Source: Carcharhinus amblyrhynchos (taxonomy: Eukaryota). From it: DNA of 64,000 nt. Below the pieces are notes generated by a model. The model did no database searches. It was not told the DNA's origin and worked only from the letters and a program-made list of their open reading frames with translations. The DNA lies in NCBI GenBank assembly GCA_965287045.1, contig OZ336876.1:82460001-82524000 (forward strand). Reading direction: 5' to 3'. The position numbers and the translations under genes are program-made. Shown in pieces: positions 51,250-63,650 of the stretch (the first letter of the stretch is position 1; each line of letters opens with the position of its first letter).

Positions 51250-51600
51250 TCAGTTACAACATTAAGGGATGATTTGATGGAGATGTTTTATGTTATGAAA
51301 GGATGGGATGTGAGGTAGAAACTGGACTGTTCGTTCCCAGCAATTGAGGCCAGGAATGAAAGGATATGGATGCAAGATGAAATGGAAAAGATGCATGACT
51401 GAGAATATGAGAACTTTGTCTTTTAATTGAATTGGGAATGGAATAAGTTACCAGAGTTGGTAATGGTCTCTGTTATTCTTGAATGTTAGCAGCAGTTGAG
51501 GTGAAGGGAGTAACAGGTTTTGGGAAGACATGAACTACTAATCCTGTAGAGCATAAATAGGAGTATGGATTGATGGGGTTGAATAATCTGTTTCCACATA
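51250..51600 (+). mobile_element. Very old CR1 3' fragment
   Basis: LRDDLMEMF.VMKGWD..WNKLP remnants. Confidence 0.55.
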
Positions 51601-52442
51601 TAATTCTATATAATTACTTAAACCAGTAAGCAAGAATGATTGTACTAATTGCTTCCTGCTTTTACTCACTAAAATGCTCCATTTTAATACAAAAAAATTA
51701 AATTTGTTTGACATGCACCTGAAGTGTAACTCCAGTTGATACAACACTGGGGTGGGTATACATTCGGAAGATATGGATGCAAATTGAAATTACTGCCTCC
51801 TTGAAGCTTACTTAGCAGGAGGAGATCGCTTATGGGAAATGGGAGACCAGGAGCTGAGCAACATGGTTGGAGCCCAAAATAAATGTCAGTGAACAGGTTA
51901 TCATTAAACAAGTGCTGCTTGATGGCACTGTTGATGACTCCTTCCATCACTTTACTGATGGTAGGAAGTGGACTGATTGGACATTAATTGGTCAGGTTGG
52001 ACTTGTCCAGGGTATATCCAGGACATGAGTAAGCAATTTTCCATATCGCCAGGTAGAAGCAATGTTATATTGGAACAGCTCGGCTAGGGGGCACGACAAG
52101 TTCTGGAGCTCAAGTCTTCAACATTTTGTGAATATTGTCAGCATCCATCAGCTGTTTCTTGATTATCATTTGAAATTAATTGAATTGGCTGAAGACTGGC
52201 ATTTGTAATACTGGAGACCTCCAGAGGATGCTGAAATCATTTAGTTTGCATGTCTGTCTGAAAGTTGTTGCAGATGCTTTTGTGCTAGTGAGCTGGGCTC
52301 TCCCTCATTGAGGTTGGGAATATTTATGAAACCTTCTCCAGTGAGTTGCTTAATCATTTTAAATTAGGACCCTCTTTATTCTGCGACTGCCCCTGGTCCT
52401 ACATTCTTCCATAAGTGGAAACATCCTTGGAGCATTTACTCT

Positions 52443-53899
52443 GGAAGTGCCGGAAGATTGGAAAACGGCTAATGTTACACCGTTGTTTAAGAAGGGTGGC
52501 AGGCAAAAGGCAGGGAATTATAGGCTGGTTAGTTTAACGTCTGTCGTAGGTAAAATGTTAGAATCCATCATCAAGGAGGAAATAGCGAGGCATCTTGAGG
52601 GGAATTGCTTGATAGAGCAGACGCAGCACGGTTTCGTTAAAGGGAAGTCGTGTCTGACAAATTTACTGGAGTTCTATGAGGATGTGTCTAGGGCGGTGGA
52701 TAGAGGAGAGCCGGTGGATGTGGTCTGTCTTGATTTTCAGAAGGTGTTTGACAAGGTACCTCACGAGGTTATTGCAGAAGGTAAGGGGACATGGAGTTGG
52801 GGGTAGGGTGTTAGCGTGGATAGAGGACTGGTTGTCAAATAGGAGGCAGAGAGTGGGGGTTAATGGGTGCTATTCGGATTGGCGGATGGTGACTAGTGGA
52901 GTGCCCCAGGGGTCGGTGCTGGGGCCTCAGCTATTTACCATTTATATAGATGATCTGGAGGAGGGAACCGAGTGTATGGTGTCGAAATTTGCTGACGACA
53001 CCAAGATTGGTGGAACGGCAAATTGCGCGGAGGGTGTGGAGAGTCTGCAGAAGGATCTAGATAGGCTGGGTGAATGGGCCAGGAACTGGCAAATGGAATT
53101 TAATGTTGGCAAGTACGAGGTGGTCCACTTCGGTAGGAATAATGGTAGGAAGGACTATTACTTGCGGGGCGAAAAACTGCAGCAGGCGACGGTGCAGAGG
53201 GACCTTGGGGTCCTTGTGCATGAGTCGCAAAAACCCAGCCTGCAGTTGCAGCAGGTGGTCAGGAAGGCTAATGGGATGCTGGCCTTCATAGCGAGGGGGA
53301 TTGAATATAAAAGTAGGGAGGTCTTGCTGCGGCTGTAGGCCGCCGCTGGACTACTGTGTGTAGTTTTGGTTGCCGCACTTGCGCGAGGATATTTTGGCCT
53401 TGGAGGGAGTGCAGAGGAGGTTTACTAGGCTGATGCTGGAGTTGAGGGGGTTGAGCTATGAGGAGAGGCTGAATAAACTAGGCTTGTACTCGTTAGAGTT
53501 TAGAAGAATGAGGGGAGATCTCATTGAGACATATAAGATGATGAATGGGATGGATAGGATAGAGGTGGAGAGACTCTTCCCGCTCAGAAAGGACAGTAGG
53601 ACTAGGGGGCACAGCCTCAAGATAAAGGGGGGGCGGTTTAGAACGGAGTTGAGGAAGAACTTCTTCACTCAAAGAGTGGTGAATCTCTGGAATTCTCTGC
53701 CTGTTGAAGTGGTGGAGGCTGCCTCGCTAAATATTTTTAAGACGTGGGTTGATGGGTTTTTGATAAGCGAGGGGATTAAGGGTTATTGGGAGAGGGTGGG
53801 AATGTGGAACTGAGCCACGACAGATCAGCCGTGATCATCTTGAATGGTGGGGCAGGCTCGAAGGGCTGGATGGCCTACTCCTGCTCCCATTTCTTATGT
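52443..53899 (+). mobile_element. Young CR1, 5'-truncated RT to 3' end
   Basis: ORFs 52447-52806, 52676-53338 and 53370-53813 are near-identical to 9742-11160; two small deletions break the frame; tail ttcttatgt. Confidence 0.97.
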
Positions 53900-54547
53900 A
53901 AACGCTCCCAAGAATCATGTATGTTTCAATTGTATCACCCCTCAATTTTCTGAACTGCAAGGAGTACAGACCCAGCCTGTTTAATTCTTTCTCTATTTGG
54001 GAATCACTCCATCCCTGGGATGTTTGGTAAATGTGGTGCTGTGTTGCAACTCCACCAGGTTAACACCTCATTTTTAGGTATGTCTGGTATTGCTGTATGC
54101 ATGCTTTCCTGAACACTTCATTTTAACCAGCATTGAACCTATGGCTTGGTGGTCATAATAGATTGGGAGATATGCCAGGTTATGAGGTGCTGCTAATGGC
54201 CCACAATGCCTTATGAATGCCCAGTCTTTTTGAAATAAATCCCATTTGGCATGATGGTACATTTGGAACACTACATCCTCAATATGTGAAGATAGGACTT
54301 TGACTCTGCAGTGACTTTCGCTACTAACAAATTGTCAGATGTTGCCCAATCTGTTAAAAATATATCCCATTTAGCACACTAAATCCAGAGCATGTGAAGA
54401 TAGGACTTTGTCCCCATCAGGACTGTCACTCTTGGCATACTGTCAGATGCACCTGTGGTGGGCAGGTTGGTGAGAATGAGGTCAAGTATATGTTCCTTCG
54501 CCATCTTCCACAGACACAATCTCGCAGCTATGTTCTTTAAGACGCTG

Positions 54548-54591
54548 TAAAAAGTCTGACAACACCAGGTTTTAGTCCAACCTATTTATTT
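54548..54591 (-). mobile_element. 44-bp PLE mini-insertion
   Basis: taaaaagtctgacaacaccaggttttagtccaacctatttattt is identical to 26904-26947; 7-bp TSD gacgctg (54541-54547, 54592-54598). Confidence 0.9.
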
Positions 54592-56576
54592 GACGCTGCC
54601 AGCTCAGTGCTACTGAGCCAGTCTTGGTGAAGGACATTGGGATCCTCCACTTTGATTTCTGTGCCCTTTCCACCTTCAGTGCTTCCACCAAGTGATTTTC
54701 AACATGAAGTACTGATTTATGGATGCTTGCCCATGTTTAATCTGATGCCATGAGACTTCATGGAGTCCATTGGCAGTGTTGAGAAATCCCAGGCCACTCC
54801 CTCCTGACTATATGGGAACCTCCAAAGGATACTGAGATCATCCACTCTGCATTTCTGACTGAAAATTGCTGCCATTTTTTCTGGCTCTATCATATTGGTG
54901 GGATGGTGGTGCCTGAGATATTATCTGTAAGATATGCTTCTGCCAGCATTTGTGTTGCTACATTTGGACAATTGACAGTGACTTTTAATGCCATTTTTTA
55001 TTGAATTCAAGTTTCACAATCTGCCCTGGTAGGATTCAACTTAGTCCAAAGACAATACCACTACTACATCACCTTTTTTAGAATGCCATCTTTTGTGTCA
55101 GAATGTAAGTGATTGAATTGACTATGCTAAATCAAGTAGAAAGTGTATAACCATAGAAGAATAGTTGTTTTGTATATTTTGTATTATATTTGTACAATAC
55201 TAACAATCATCTGCAAACAACTTGATCTAAAAAAAACTTTTGCCAAATGTTTGTAATGAGAAATTCTGAAAGCAATTGTTTAGCTTTGAATCTTTACACA
55301 GTACAAAACATTACCATAAACTTTGCAATTGTCATTATTCACCAGATGCCAGTTATGTATTGTGCTCCTTTCCGTTGTGCTGAAATTTCCCCAATTACGT
55401 ACTACGCAACAGAGCAATCTTTACAAGTGCTCAGACTTCCTCGATCCAATTCCAGAAATATCACCAATGTTCTTCAGTCCTTAATCTTTCAAATGAAAAT
55501 ATAAAAGAAAATTCCATCCCATCCTTGTCACCATCTATTGTGCATTATGTCCACAGCAAGCAGTCATTTTTAAAGAACTTTATTTACACCTTCCCAATGA
55601 CAAAAGATGACATAATGCTCAAATCATGCAGTATACTACACGGGTAGTATCAGCACAGATAACTAACTACTTCTGCAAGCAAAAAATGAAACTTGTCATT
55701 TGAAAAATGTTTTTTGACATAGTGTCACAACTGTGCTTTTAGCTTGGATTCCTAGAGTGAACATTGCGTGAAAGCAGAAGCTAATTACTTTGCAAAATCT
55801 CCTTTCCTTAAAAATCAGCTTTATAGTTTAAGACACAAATAATCCACAAGGATACAGTTCTCAAACTTCTAATTTAGAACAAATTTAAAACTTAAAATCC
55901 AGGGCATCACTCCTAAATTGTTTAAATGTTTTAATTTTGAAATTGTATGCAATCTAATTGAATAAGAGTCTGAGAGTAGATGAGAATATACAAGACATGG
56001 ATGAAATGCACTTTTCTACTTGAAATGTTCATTTTTGTTTGAAACCCTCTCTATAGTTGTGCAGACTGGTGAATATCTAATGGTTTAGATCATATTGGTA
56101 CTGAAATAAGGGCCAGTTATTAAGGGGAGCATAATAGCCTTTTATTCATGATATGCATGCATTCCTCTCACATGGAAGCACTGGGTAAAAATAGGGGCAC
56201 CCCTCTCCCTTTATTGTGGCTTTCTTCCTCCCTTGCTGAGAACATGTTTTATCACGCGCCATCAATAACTTCAAGCTGGAAAACTTTCAGAGGGACTGTT
56301 GGCTTGTCTCCACCTAAAAGGGGCCATTTGTACTTTGGCTATTTAAATGCTGATTTGAGATGGTCTAGTGCCATTTGCCAGAATTGTTGCGAGTGTACTT
56401 GGTTCTTTTGTGTCAATGAAATCCAAAAGCCATACTAAAAAAAAGTCTGTTAGAACATTTTCAGGTGCAGCAGACAATGATATAAGAAAATAGGCTTGTT
56501 TCATCTCCTATATACTGTAATCATTTAATTTGCCACCAAGCACAACCATATGGTATTGGGAACAGAATAGTCACAC

Positions 56577-58979
56577 TGTTACTTGCCTGCATGCATTGTA
56601 ATGAAATGGTGCACAGCAGAGCAAGAGTTAACTTAGGACCGGAAAACCACACCTCCCAAAGTATGATGCAGAGCATCACAAGCGTCTGGAGAGAGAACAT
56701 TCTAGAACCAGACTTTAATCACCATGCATGAGCAAACCTTAACTATAAAAATACCAATGAAAGGTTCATGTTTAAACATTCATGACTCAAAATCTCCTGA
56801 CTGAGACATCTAAAGAACCCTTATTGCAACATCTTTAGACCTTCTAAAAGATAACCAAATCAGCAGTAGTACCATAGAGCATTAATCAGCCATGATAAAG
56901 AAGATATTTTAACTGATGAAATGAAAACCACATCCCAAGAATGAACAACCAAAGCTGAACTTGAGATGCATACCTAAGAACCATTGCAAGACCCTAATAT
57001 GATACAGCTGAGCAAAGCTACAGAAAAATTGCAAAACCTATGTCAGCATGCATAAGACAGCTAAGCAATAGTAGCTACATAGATGGCAGTCCCAAATGGC
57101 TCAGCAGATTGTAGAACCTGAATGAGTTGCAAGTTTAAAAAAAAAGTTTAAAAAAAACCCTGCAGAACAAAAGATTGGAAGAGTTAAGTTCCTGTAGAGT
57201 TACAGCCACTGAGTTCAATTTTACTGAGCATTCAAATCTTAATTTTAGAAGCTCTCTCAGCTGAAAGAAAATAGCTTCACTCTATAAGGTGAGCAGATTC
57301 CAGCTCCAATCCAGTGCAGTACAGTTGGAAGCTAGAACACTTTGAATCTTTGCTACATTTGTTGCAAAATACAACACCTACATGGCTTTTTCCAAGATCT
57401 GCCCAGTAACAAGACAAAAAAAAGCCAGCTGTATCCTAGCAACTGCAGCCCATGTTTAAAAAAGGTTACCACACTCTTAAAACATCACATTTAAAGTGTT
57501 AAATACAAGTAGCTATGAACAGAAAATTAGAGAAGCTAGATGTATTAGTGATAAGAAAATGGCTGCACCAGACACAAGTGGTCTAACATACTGAGTAAAG
57601 CACTGAGGCAACAAGAGACTCCAGAAGAAGGGAAGCCAAATAATAGAGTTCATTAGATTGGAAGGACAATTTCAAATGCCTGACCATTTAGCTCCATGAA
57701 GAAAAAGAATTTCCTAAACAGCAGCATGGAAGCTCAACAGCAGACATACTAAGTGATTTTACTGAATTGCAGGAAAGCTCAAGAGCAAGCTTCATAAAAA
57801 GAAAATCTGTTGTCAGACCTTCACACGTTACAAGAATTCCTTGGGTCAAAGGTTATTCTTCTGGAAGATTATGAAGAGCAGCAAAATGAATTTACTGTCA
57901 CACTGAACAAACTGAAGAACCAGCTGGCAAAGTGGATTCCAGGAGGATGCTTAAAACTACAAGAAACAGATTGGAGAGCTGAAGAAGCAGTTGAATGCCA
58001 AAGTGGAGAAAAGTGATAGGAAAAGCTTTTGACATTTATCTGCTTGCAGTTTGGAAATGAAACCATGAGTTGCACAGTTACAGAACTGAAACCATTTAAA
58101 ACTTGACAAGGCAGACCTGGTTAAAAGTAAAACCAAAACTAAGGGCAATGACAAAGTTCTGCTGCTGACAGAAAAAGAAGGCATATGAGCTTGGAAAATG
58201 TAAATATGACGTGCAAATTTGCAAAATGTAAATGTCCAGCAAGAATTTGGTGGGTGTCAAGGGAAAAGAAAACTTGATTTTGCACAACACTGAAGGGCCT
58301 TTTCCTGTGCTATACTGTTCTGTTTTATGTATGATTTTCACCGCCCGCCCCGCCCCCTCCCCCCCCCCCCGCCCCCCCCAAGGAACTACTGGGAGTGCAC
58401 GTTCTTCCTTGGGAGGGACAGGAGAAACTCAGTGTATGCAAAAAGACAAGTTGTTAATCAAGAGAGATGTAACTGAAGTGGAAAAAAAAATCAAATGCAG
58501 ATAGCCAAGTATCAGAAACAGTACCACTGCCATTCTTCCAAATGTGACAGATAAGAACTGTCAAGACTTCCTGAACTTCTAAAGTTAGACTTGAGATGGG
58601 GAGCATCTGCAGCGAGTAGAATTGTAATGTAATACCCCAAAGGGAGGACAGTTTCCTTGGAAAAGGAGGGGGGGGGGGGGGCAGTGGTGATGGCCTGTTA
58701 TGTGCCTGCATGCATTGTAATGCAAAGATGCTTGGCTGAGCAATGTTTAATGTGGATTACAAAATAGCCCATGGTATGATGTACAGAGTCCCATGATAAG
58801 AGTCTCTGGAGAGCGAATGGTCAAGAATAAAAATCTACAAGCAGCCTAACTACATGGAGCAGTTCTATATGATAATACCTCAACTGTAAATGGTTAAAGA
58901 CTACCAATAAAGGGTTCATGTTTTAACATTCAAGCCTCAATCTCTTCTTTAGGGCACCTAAAGATCCTATACTACGACA
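56577..58979 (+). mobile_element. Old pol-less LTR element (LTRs 56577-56831 and 58696-58979)
   Basis: Both repeats begin TGTTA..tgcctgcatgcattgtaatg, share taccaat.aa.ggttcatgttt.aacattca and ctaaaga, and end in ..ACA. Polypurine tract at 58659-58681. Internal coiled-coil-like relic (57810-58016); no RT or integrase motifs. Confidence 0.75.
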
Positions 58980-59631
58980 CCATTATACTGGAGTTCAAAA
59001 TAGTTTTCATGGAAAGATTAACTTCTGTCGCTTTTGTGTATTGTTTTCCCCTTGGTGAGGTCAGGGAAAATGAGGAACTGGAAAAGGAGCTTTCTGAAGT
59101 GTTTGCAAATAGCTGATTTGAAGGGTGACCCAGTCACTAGCCAGCTTATGATTAAGAGGCATACTGATGCCTCGCACCAATGGTACGAACTGTGTAACCA
59201 CTTCAGCCTGATTGGGTAGGATGTTGGTTTCTCAATTTGGAGCATTTTTGGAAGTTAAATGTTAACAAGTTTGTTTAATTTCATGAGTGTTACAGGAAAG
59301 AAACCTGTTAGTTCTGGCTGCTAGGTTTCAATTTTGGGCTAAAAGCAACAACCTGAATGAGTGAGTGACCTGGAGCTTATGGTTCACAATTGCAATGTCT
59401 CATTCTGCAAGCTTTGAGAAAACAAAACCGTTTCAGTTCAAAGGATCTGATGCTTGTCCAGTTTAAACTATCTTTCAAAAAGGGTTTGTTAACAATTCTA
59501 AGAAATAATTTGGTGTTGATTTGAATTTTATTAAGTATGATATTATTAGTATATTTCTGTATTTGCTTCTGTTTTTCCTATGAATAAATTGACAAAGTAA
59601 TTTTAGCTTGTGTACCTTGCACTGTTTACAG

Positions 59632-59684
59632 GTTTCCTTTTGTGCTTTTGAAGATGATTGGATAACTTAGATATCCAGAATATG
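59632..59684 (+). other. Candidate small exon (53 nt)
   Basis: Acceptor ccttgcactgtttacAG and donor ATG|gtttgt; motif evidence only. Confidence 0.25.
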
Positions 59685-60489
59685 GTTTGTCCCACCCTTT
59701 TTTTAAAAAATAAGATCACTATTCTAGCCATTGTAGATAATGTAAGTTTTGGCTCATAAGAGATTGACTTGATTGTGCAAAAATCCCTCTAATTATGGGA
59801 AAATGTTGGGGAGTGGACTGCATGGTGACCATTAACAGGATATCTGGTGCGTGAATGCTCATGGAATGGGACAGTTTTTCATTTGCTTCAGCTACCCTTA
59901 CTGGAGGGTGAATTTGGTAGGATAGTTTATGTTGGTTGGCACTTTTTTAGTTTGTGGCAGTGAGCTGCAGGGTTCTATTGATCTCTCAGTGATTTGCAAA
60001 TTGGAAAGAGATGGCAAAGGTTAGGGCAGATTGAACAACCAGTGGAAAGATTTCTAGAAACTTTGTATTTCAAGTACTTCCTGTAATTATCATCTTGCTT
60101 CATACTTTAATGTATTGGTTTTCTTCTCTCAACTGATGGCTTTCCCTGTCTTTGCGTCTTGCCAGTTGGCATTCCTTTGCGTTTGAATGTGTAAGTTGAA
60201 AGGATAGCATCTTTCGTTTAGGGATAAAAGCTAGGTTGTGAAAGGAGCATATTTCCCTCTGTTCTGCCCAGGTGAGGCACTGGTGAATCCTGGCCCTCTT
60301 CTTTTGTTAGTTAATGAGCAGGTAGTGGTGTACTGTCACTATAGAACTATATTTTCAATTTTAACATCAATCGTATTATTATGTAATCCTAAATTACTAC
60401 ATTTTTCTCTAAAGCAGATATGGGCAGTAACTTCTGAGGTCCAGGGTATTGTATTTGTGAAAGATGTCTAGGACTGTTCCCCCACCTGC

Positions 60490-62270
60490 CTATCCTGCCT
60501 TTTAAATATATTTAGTGATGGAGAATCCACAACCTTCTGGGATAGAGAATTCTAGAGATTAGCAACCCTTTCAGTGAAGTAATTTCTCTATATTTCCATT
60601 CTAAATGACCAGATTTCCCGACCAGTGGAAGCAATCACTCAGTGCTCAGCTTTATAAGAAGCCTTCAGAATTTTCATGGAATCATGTAGCACAGGAGAGG
60701 TCCTGTGGTCCATTTGAGTCCACACTGATGCATTAAAAACACCTAACACCCACCTAATTCTATCTGCCAGCACTTGGCCTGTAGCCCTGAGTGTTATGAT
60801 GTGTCAAGTGCTCATCCAGATTCTTTTTAAAAGGATGAGACAACCTGCCTCCACCACCCTCCCAGGCAGCGCATTCCAGACTGTGTCACTACTGAGTAAA
60901 AAAGTTTTTCCTCATATCCACCAGCATCCCCCCCACCCCCCCTCCCCCTCCCCCCAAACCTTCTGTCCTGCACTTTGAACTTATATCCCCTCATGACTGA
61001 CCCTTTAAGGGGAATAGCTGCTACTTATCTGCTCTGTCCATCTCTCTCAATCTTGTCTCAATCAGGTCACCCCTCAATCTTCTCTGTCCCATCAAAAACA
61101 ACTCAAACCTATCCAACCTCTCTTCGTAACTTAAATGATCCAGCCTAGGCAGCGTTCTGGTAAATCTCCTCTGCACCCCCTCCAGTGTACTCGTATCCTT
61201 CCGATTTAATGTGGCGATCAGAACTGCGCACAGTTCTTTTGCTGTGGCCTCAACATTCTATACGACTTCTCTGCTTTTGTAATCTATGACTATAAATCTA
61301 ATCTATAAATGTAATCTAGGTTGGACTAAAACCTGGTGTTGTCGGACTTTTTACTTTGTAATTTATGCCTCAGTTGATATACAGACTAAATATATGCCTT
61401 TTTCACCACCCTAGATGTCAATGAGATATGTCATTCCTCGAAACTCCAGAAAATATAAGCTCAGTTTACTCCGCTTCTCTTCCTAGGACAACTCTCATTG
61501 TGGGAACAATTTCATGGAATCTTTGCTGTACCATCTCCAATATGAGTATACCCTTTCTTGAATTTAAAGACCAAAACTGCACATCAGTGTCCCGCCAAAA
61601 GCCTGTAGAACTGTAGCAAGACTTAGTTATTCTTTATAATCACCTTTCAATAAAGTACATTTGTCATTACTAATTCCATTTTTCTTCCAAATTTGTAGCT
61701 GCACTTGCATGCTAACCTTCTGCATTCCTTATACAAGTACATCAAAGTCTCTTTGAACATCAATTCTTTAAGACTTATACTTTTTAAAAAAAAAGCTGCT
61801 TTTCTATTTTTACCACCAAAGTGAATAACTTCATATTTTCCCTACGTTATACTCCATCTGTCATCTCACCTAACCTGCTTGTTTCTCTGCAGTCTATGCT
61901 GTCCCCAAAGTTTACCTTCTGTTGTAGCTTGGTGTCAAATATCTCTTTATCCAAGTCATTAATATAAATTGCAAATAGCCATGGCTCTGACACTGATACT
62001 TGTGGCACCCCAGAAAGCACTGCCCGCCAATCCTTTTTATGTCCACTCTCTATATTCTTAACTAATCCTCTATCCATACTGATATATTGTCCCCAAATCT
62101 AAGCCCTTATTTTGCCCATTAATCTTTTATGTGGAGCCTTACTGAATACCTTTTTGTTTTTGAAAATCTAGATCTACAACATCCGCTGGTTTCCCTTTTT
62201 CTAGCATGCTAGCTACATACTCAAAAACTAATACCTTTGTCAAACACCTTTAGTAAAATTATGTTAACTT
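60490..62270 (-). mobile_element. Nested decayed CR1 fragments
   Basis: SGVPQVSVSEPWLFAIYINDLD (61847-62077); a second CR1 3' end at 60675-61410 is nested in the older copy. Confidence 0.8.
61317..61354 (+). mobile_element. 38-bp PLE mini-insertion with filler DNA
   Basis: taggttggactaaaacctggtgttgtcggactttttac; imperfect TSD ttttgtaatctatg / ctttgtaatttatg. Confidence 0.82.
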
Positions 62271-62299
62271 GTTCTAAATGAATTAATACTTTATTTGAT

Positions 62300-62970
62300 A
62301 TAGTGCAGCATACAGTAAGTGGCAGAACCCTTCATAGGCAGAGGGATCAGCATGTATTGATACACAACGCAAGTGGAGAAGATAGTCAAGAAGGCATACG
62401 GCATGTTTGCCTTCATTGGCTGGAGCATTGAGTTTAAAAATTGGCAAGTCATGTTGCAGCTTTATAGAACCTTAGGCCACACATGGAATGTAGTGTTCAA
62501 CTCTGGTTGCCACACTACCAGAAGGACATGGAGGCTTTGCAGAGGGTACAGAAAAGATTTACCAGGACGTTGCCTGGTATGGAAGGTGTTAGCTTTGAGG
62601 AAAGGTTGGAGAAACTTGGTTTATTCTCAGTGGAACGACGAAGCTTGAGAGGCAACCTAATAAAAGTCTACAACATTGAGGTCCTGGATGGAGTGGATAG
62701 TCAGAAGCTTTTTCCCAGGGTAAAAGAGCCAATTAGAAGGGGACATAGGTTTAAGGTGCAAGGGACAAGGTTTAAGAGATGTGCGAGGCAAGTTTTTTTT
62801 GTATACAGAAGGTGATGGGTGCCTGGAATGTAGTGGAAGCCGATATGATGGTGACTTTTAAGGGGCATCTTGACAAATACATGAATAGGACAGGAATAGA
62901 GGGATATGGTCCCTGGAAGGGTAGAGGATTTTAATCCAGTTGGGCAGCATGGTCAGTGCAGGCTTGGACA
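62300..62970 (+). mobile_element. CR1 3' fragment
   Basis: ORFs 62373-62648 and 62483-62815 (KKAYGMFAFIG; LQRVQKRFTRTLPGME). Confidence 0.92.
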
Positions 62971-63434
62971 TGTAAACATGTAATCATGTTTTTGTAATGG
63001 TGTTTAGATCCAAGTCATTTACCCCTTTGTGCCACTAATTCATCAATCTTATTGCAGATACTTCATGCATTCAGATAAAGAATGTTTTAATTTCATTTTT
63101 TATTCCATCTACCACAAATTTGCTGATGTACTTTTTTTTGTTAACCTCTGTCCCTTTCTAGCCACTCTTTTTTTGTATTTATTCACTACTTCAACCTTTC
63201 TCTTTGGACTTGAGTCTTCCTTCACCCCAACCCTTTCCTTCCACCCCATGTTGTTTTAAAAATCCTGCGTACAGCCCTAGTTATGATGGCCAGGATGCTG
63301 ATTGCAGCTTGTTTCAATGGATTAGCTCACTTTTCTCTGAATACTGGTGCCAGTGATTTATGAATTGAAAGCCCTTCTTCCCACACCAATTTGATCAAAG
63401 TGTTGGATTTAATCCTATACCAATTACATAAATA

Positions 63435-63650
63435 CACATTTGGACCAGGAGTACACCAGTCAGCCCCTCATACCTTCTCCGTCATTCAGTGACATCATGG
63501 CTGATGTGATTAGAATCTCAGTTCAATGTTCTGCTGTGATATCTTTCAACTCCCCCCTGCTTTGTTCAGAAAAATCTATCCCTCTGCCTAAAAAATCTTA
63601 AGACACTGTTTCCAATGTCTTTGAGGAAGTGTTCTAAAGACTTGGAGGCC
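63435..63650 (-). mobile_element. Old CR1 3' end
   Basis: ggaccaggagta..cagcccctc..cattcagtgacatcatggctgat resembles 9665-9735. Confidence 0.65.

Larger units (their letters stand above)
51840..54950 (-). mobile_element. Family-B LINE pieces (51840-52360, 54030-54950) flanking nested CR1 copies
   Basis: KVMEGVINSAIKQHL peptide; the right part is homologous to 8100-8680. Confidence 0.75.

Noticed and set aside
54218-54412. Diverged direct repeat (tcccattt..atgtgaagataggactttg twice)
   Set aside because: An old local tandem duplication within a decayed LINE, with no sign of function.
55200-55760. Possible retrocopied 3' UTR or minus-strand exon
   Set aside because: No poly(A), TSD or ORF support could be found by eye.
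58341-58681. Opposed C-rich and G-rich tracts as an inverted repeat or G-quadruplex system
   Set aside because: Low-complexity runs; the G tract is explained as the LTR element's polypurine tract.
59030-59600. Additional LTR-like segments (also 50750-51110)
   Set aside because: Composition is suggestive, but termini and TSDs could not be defined.
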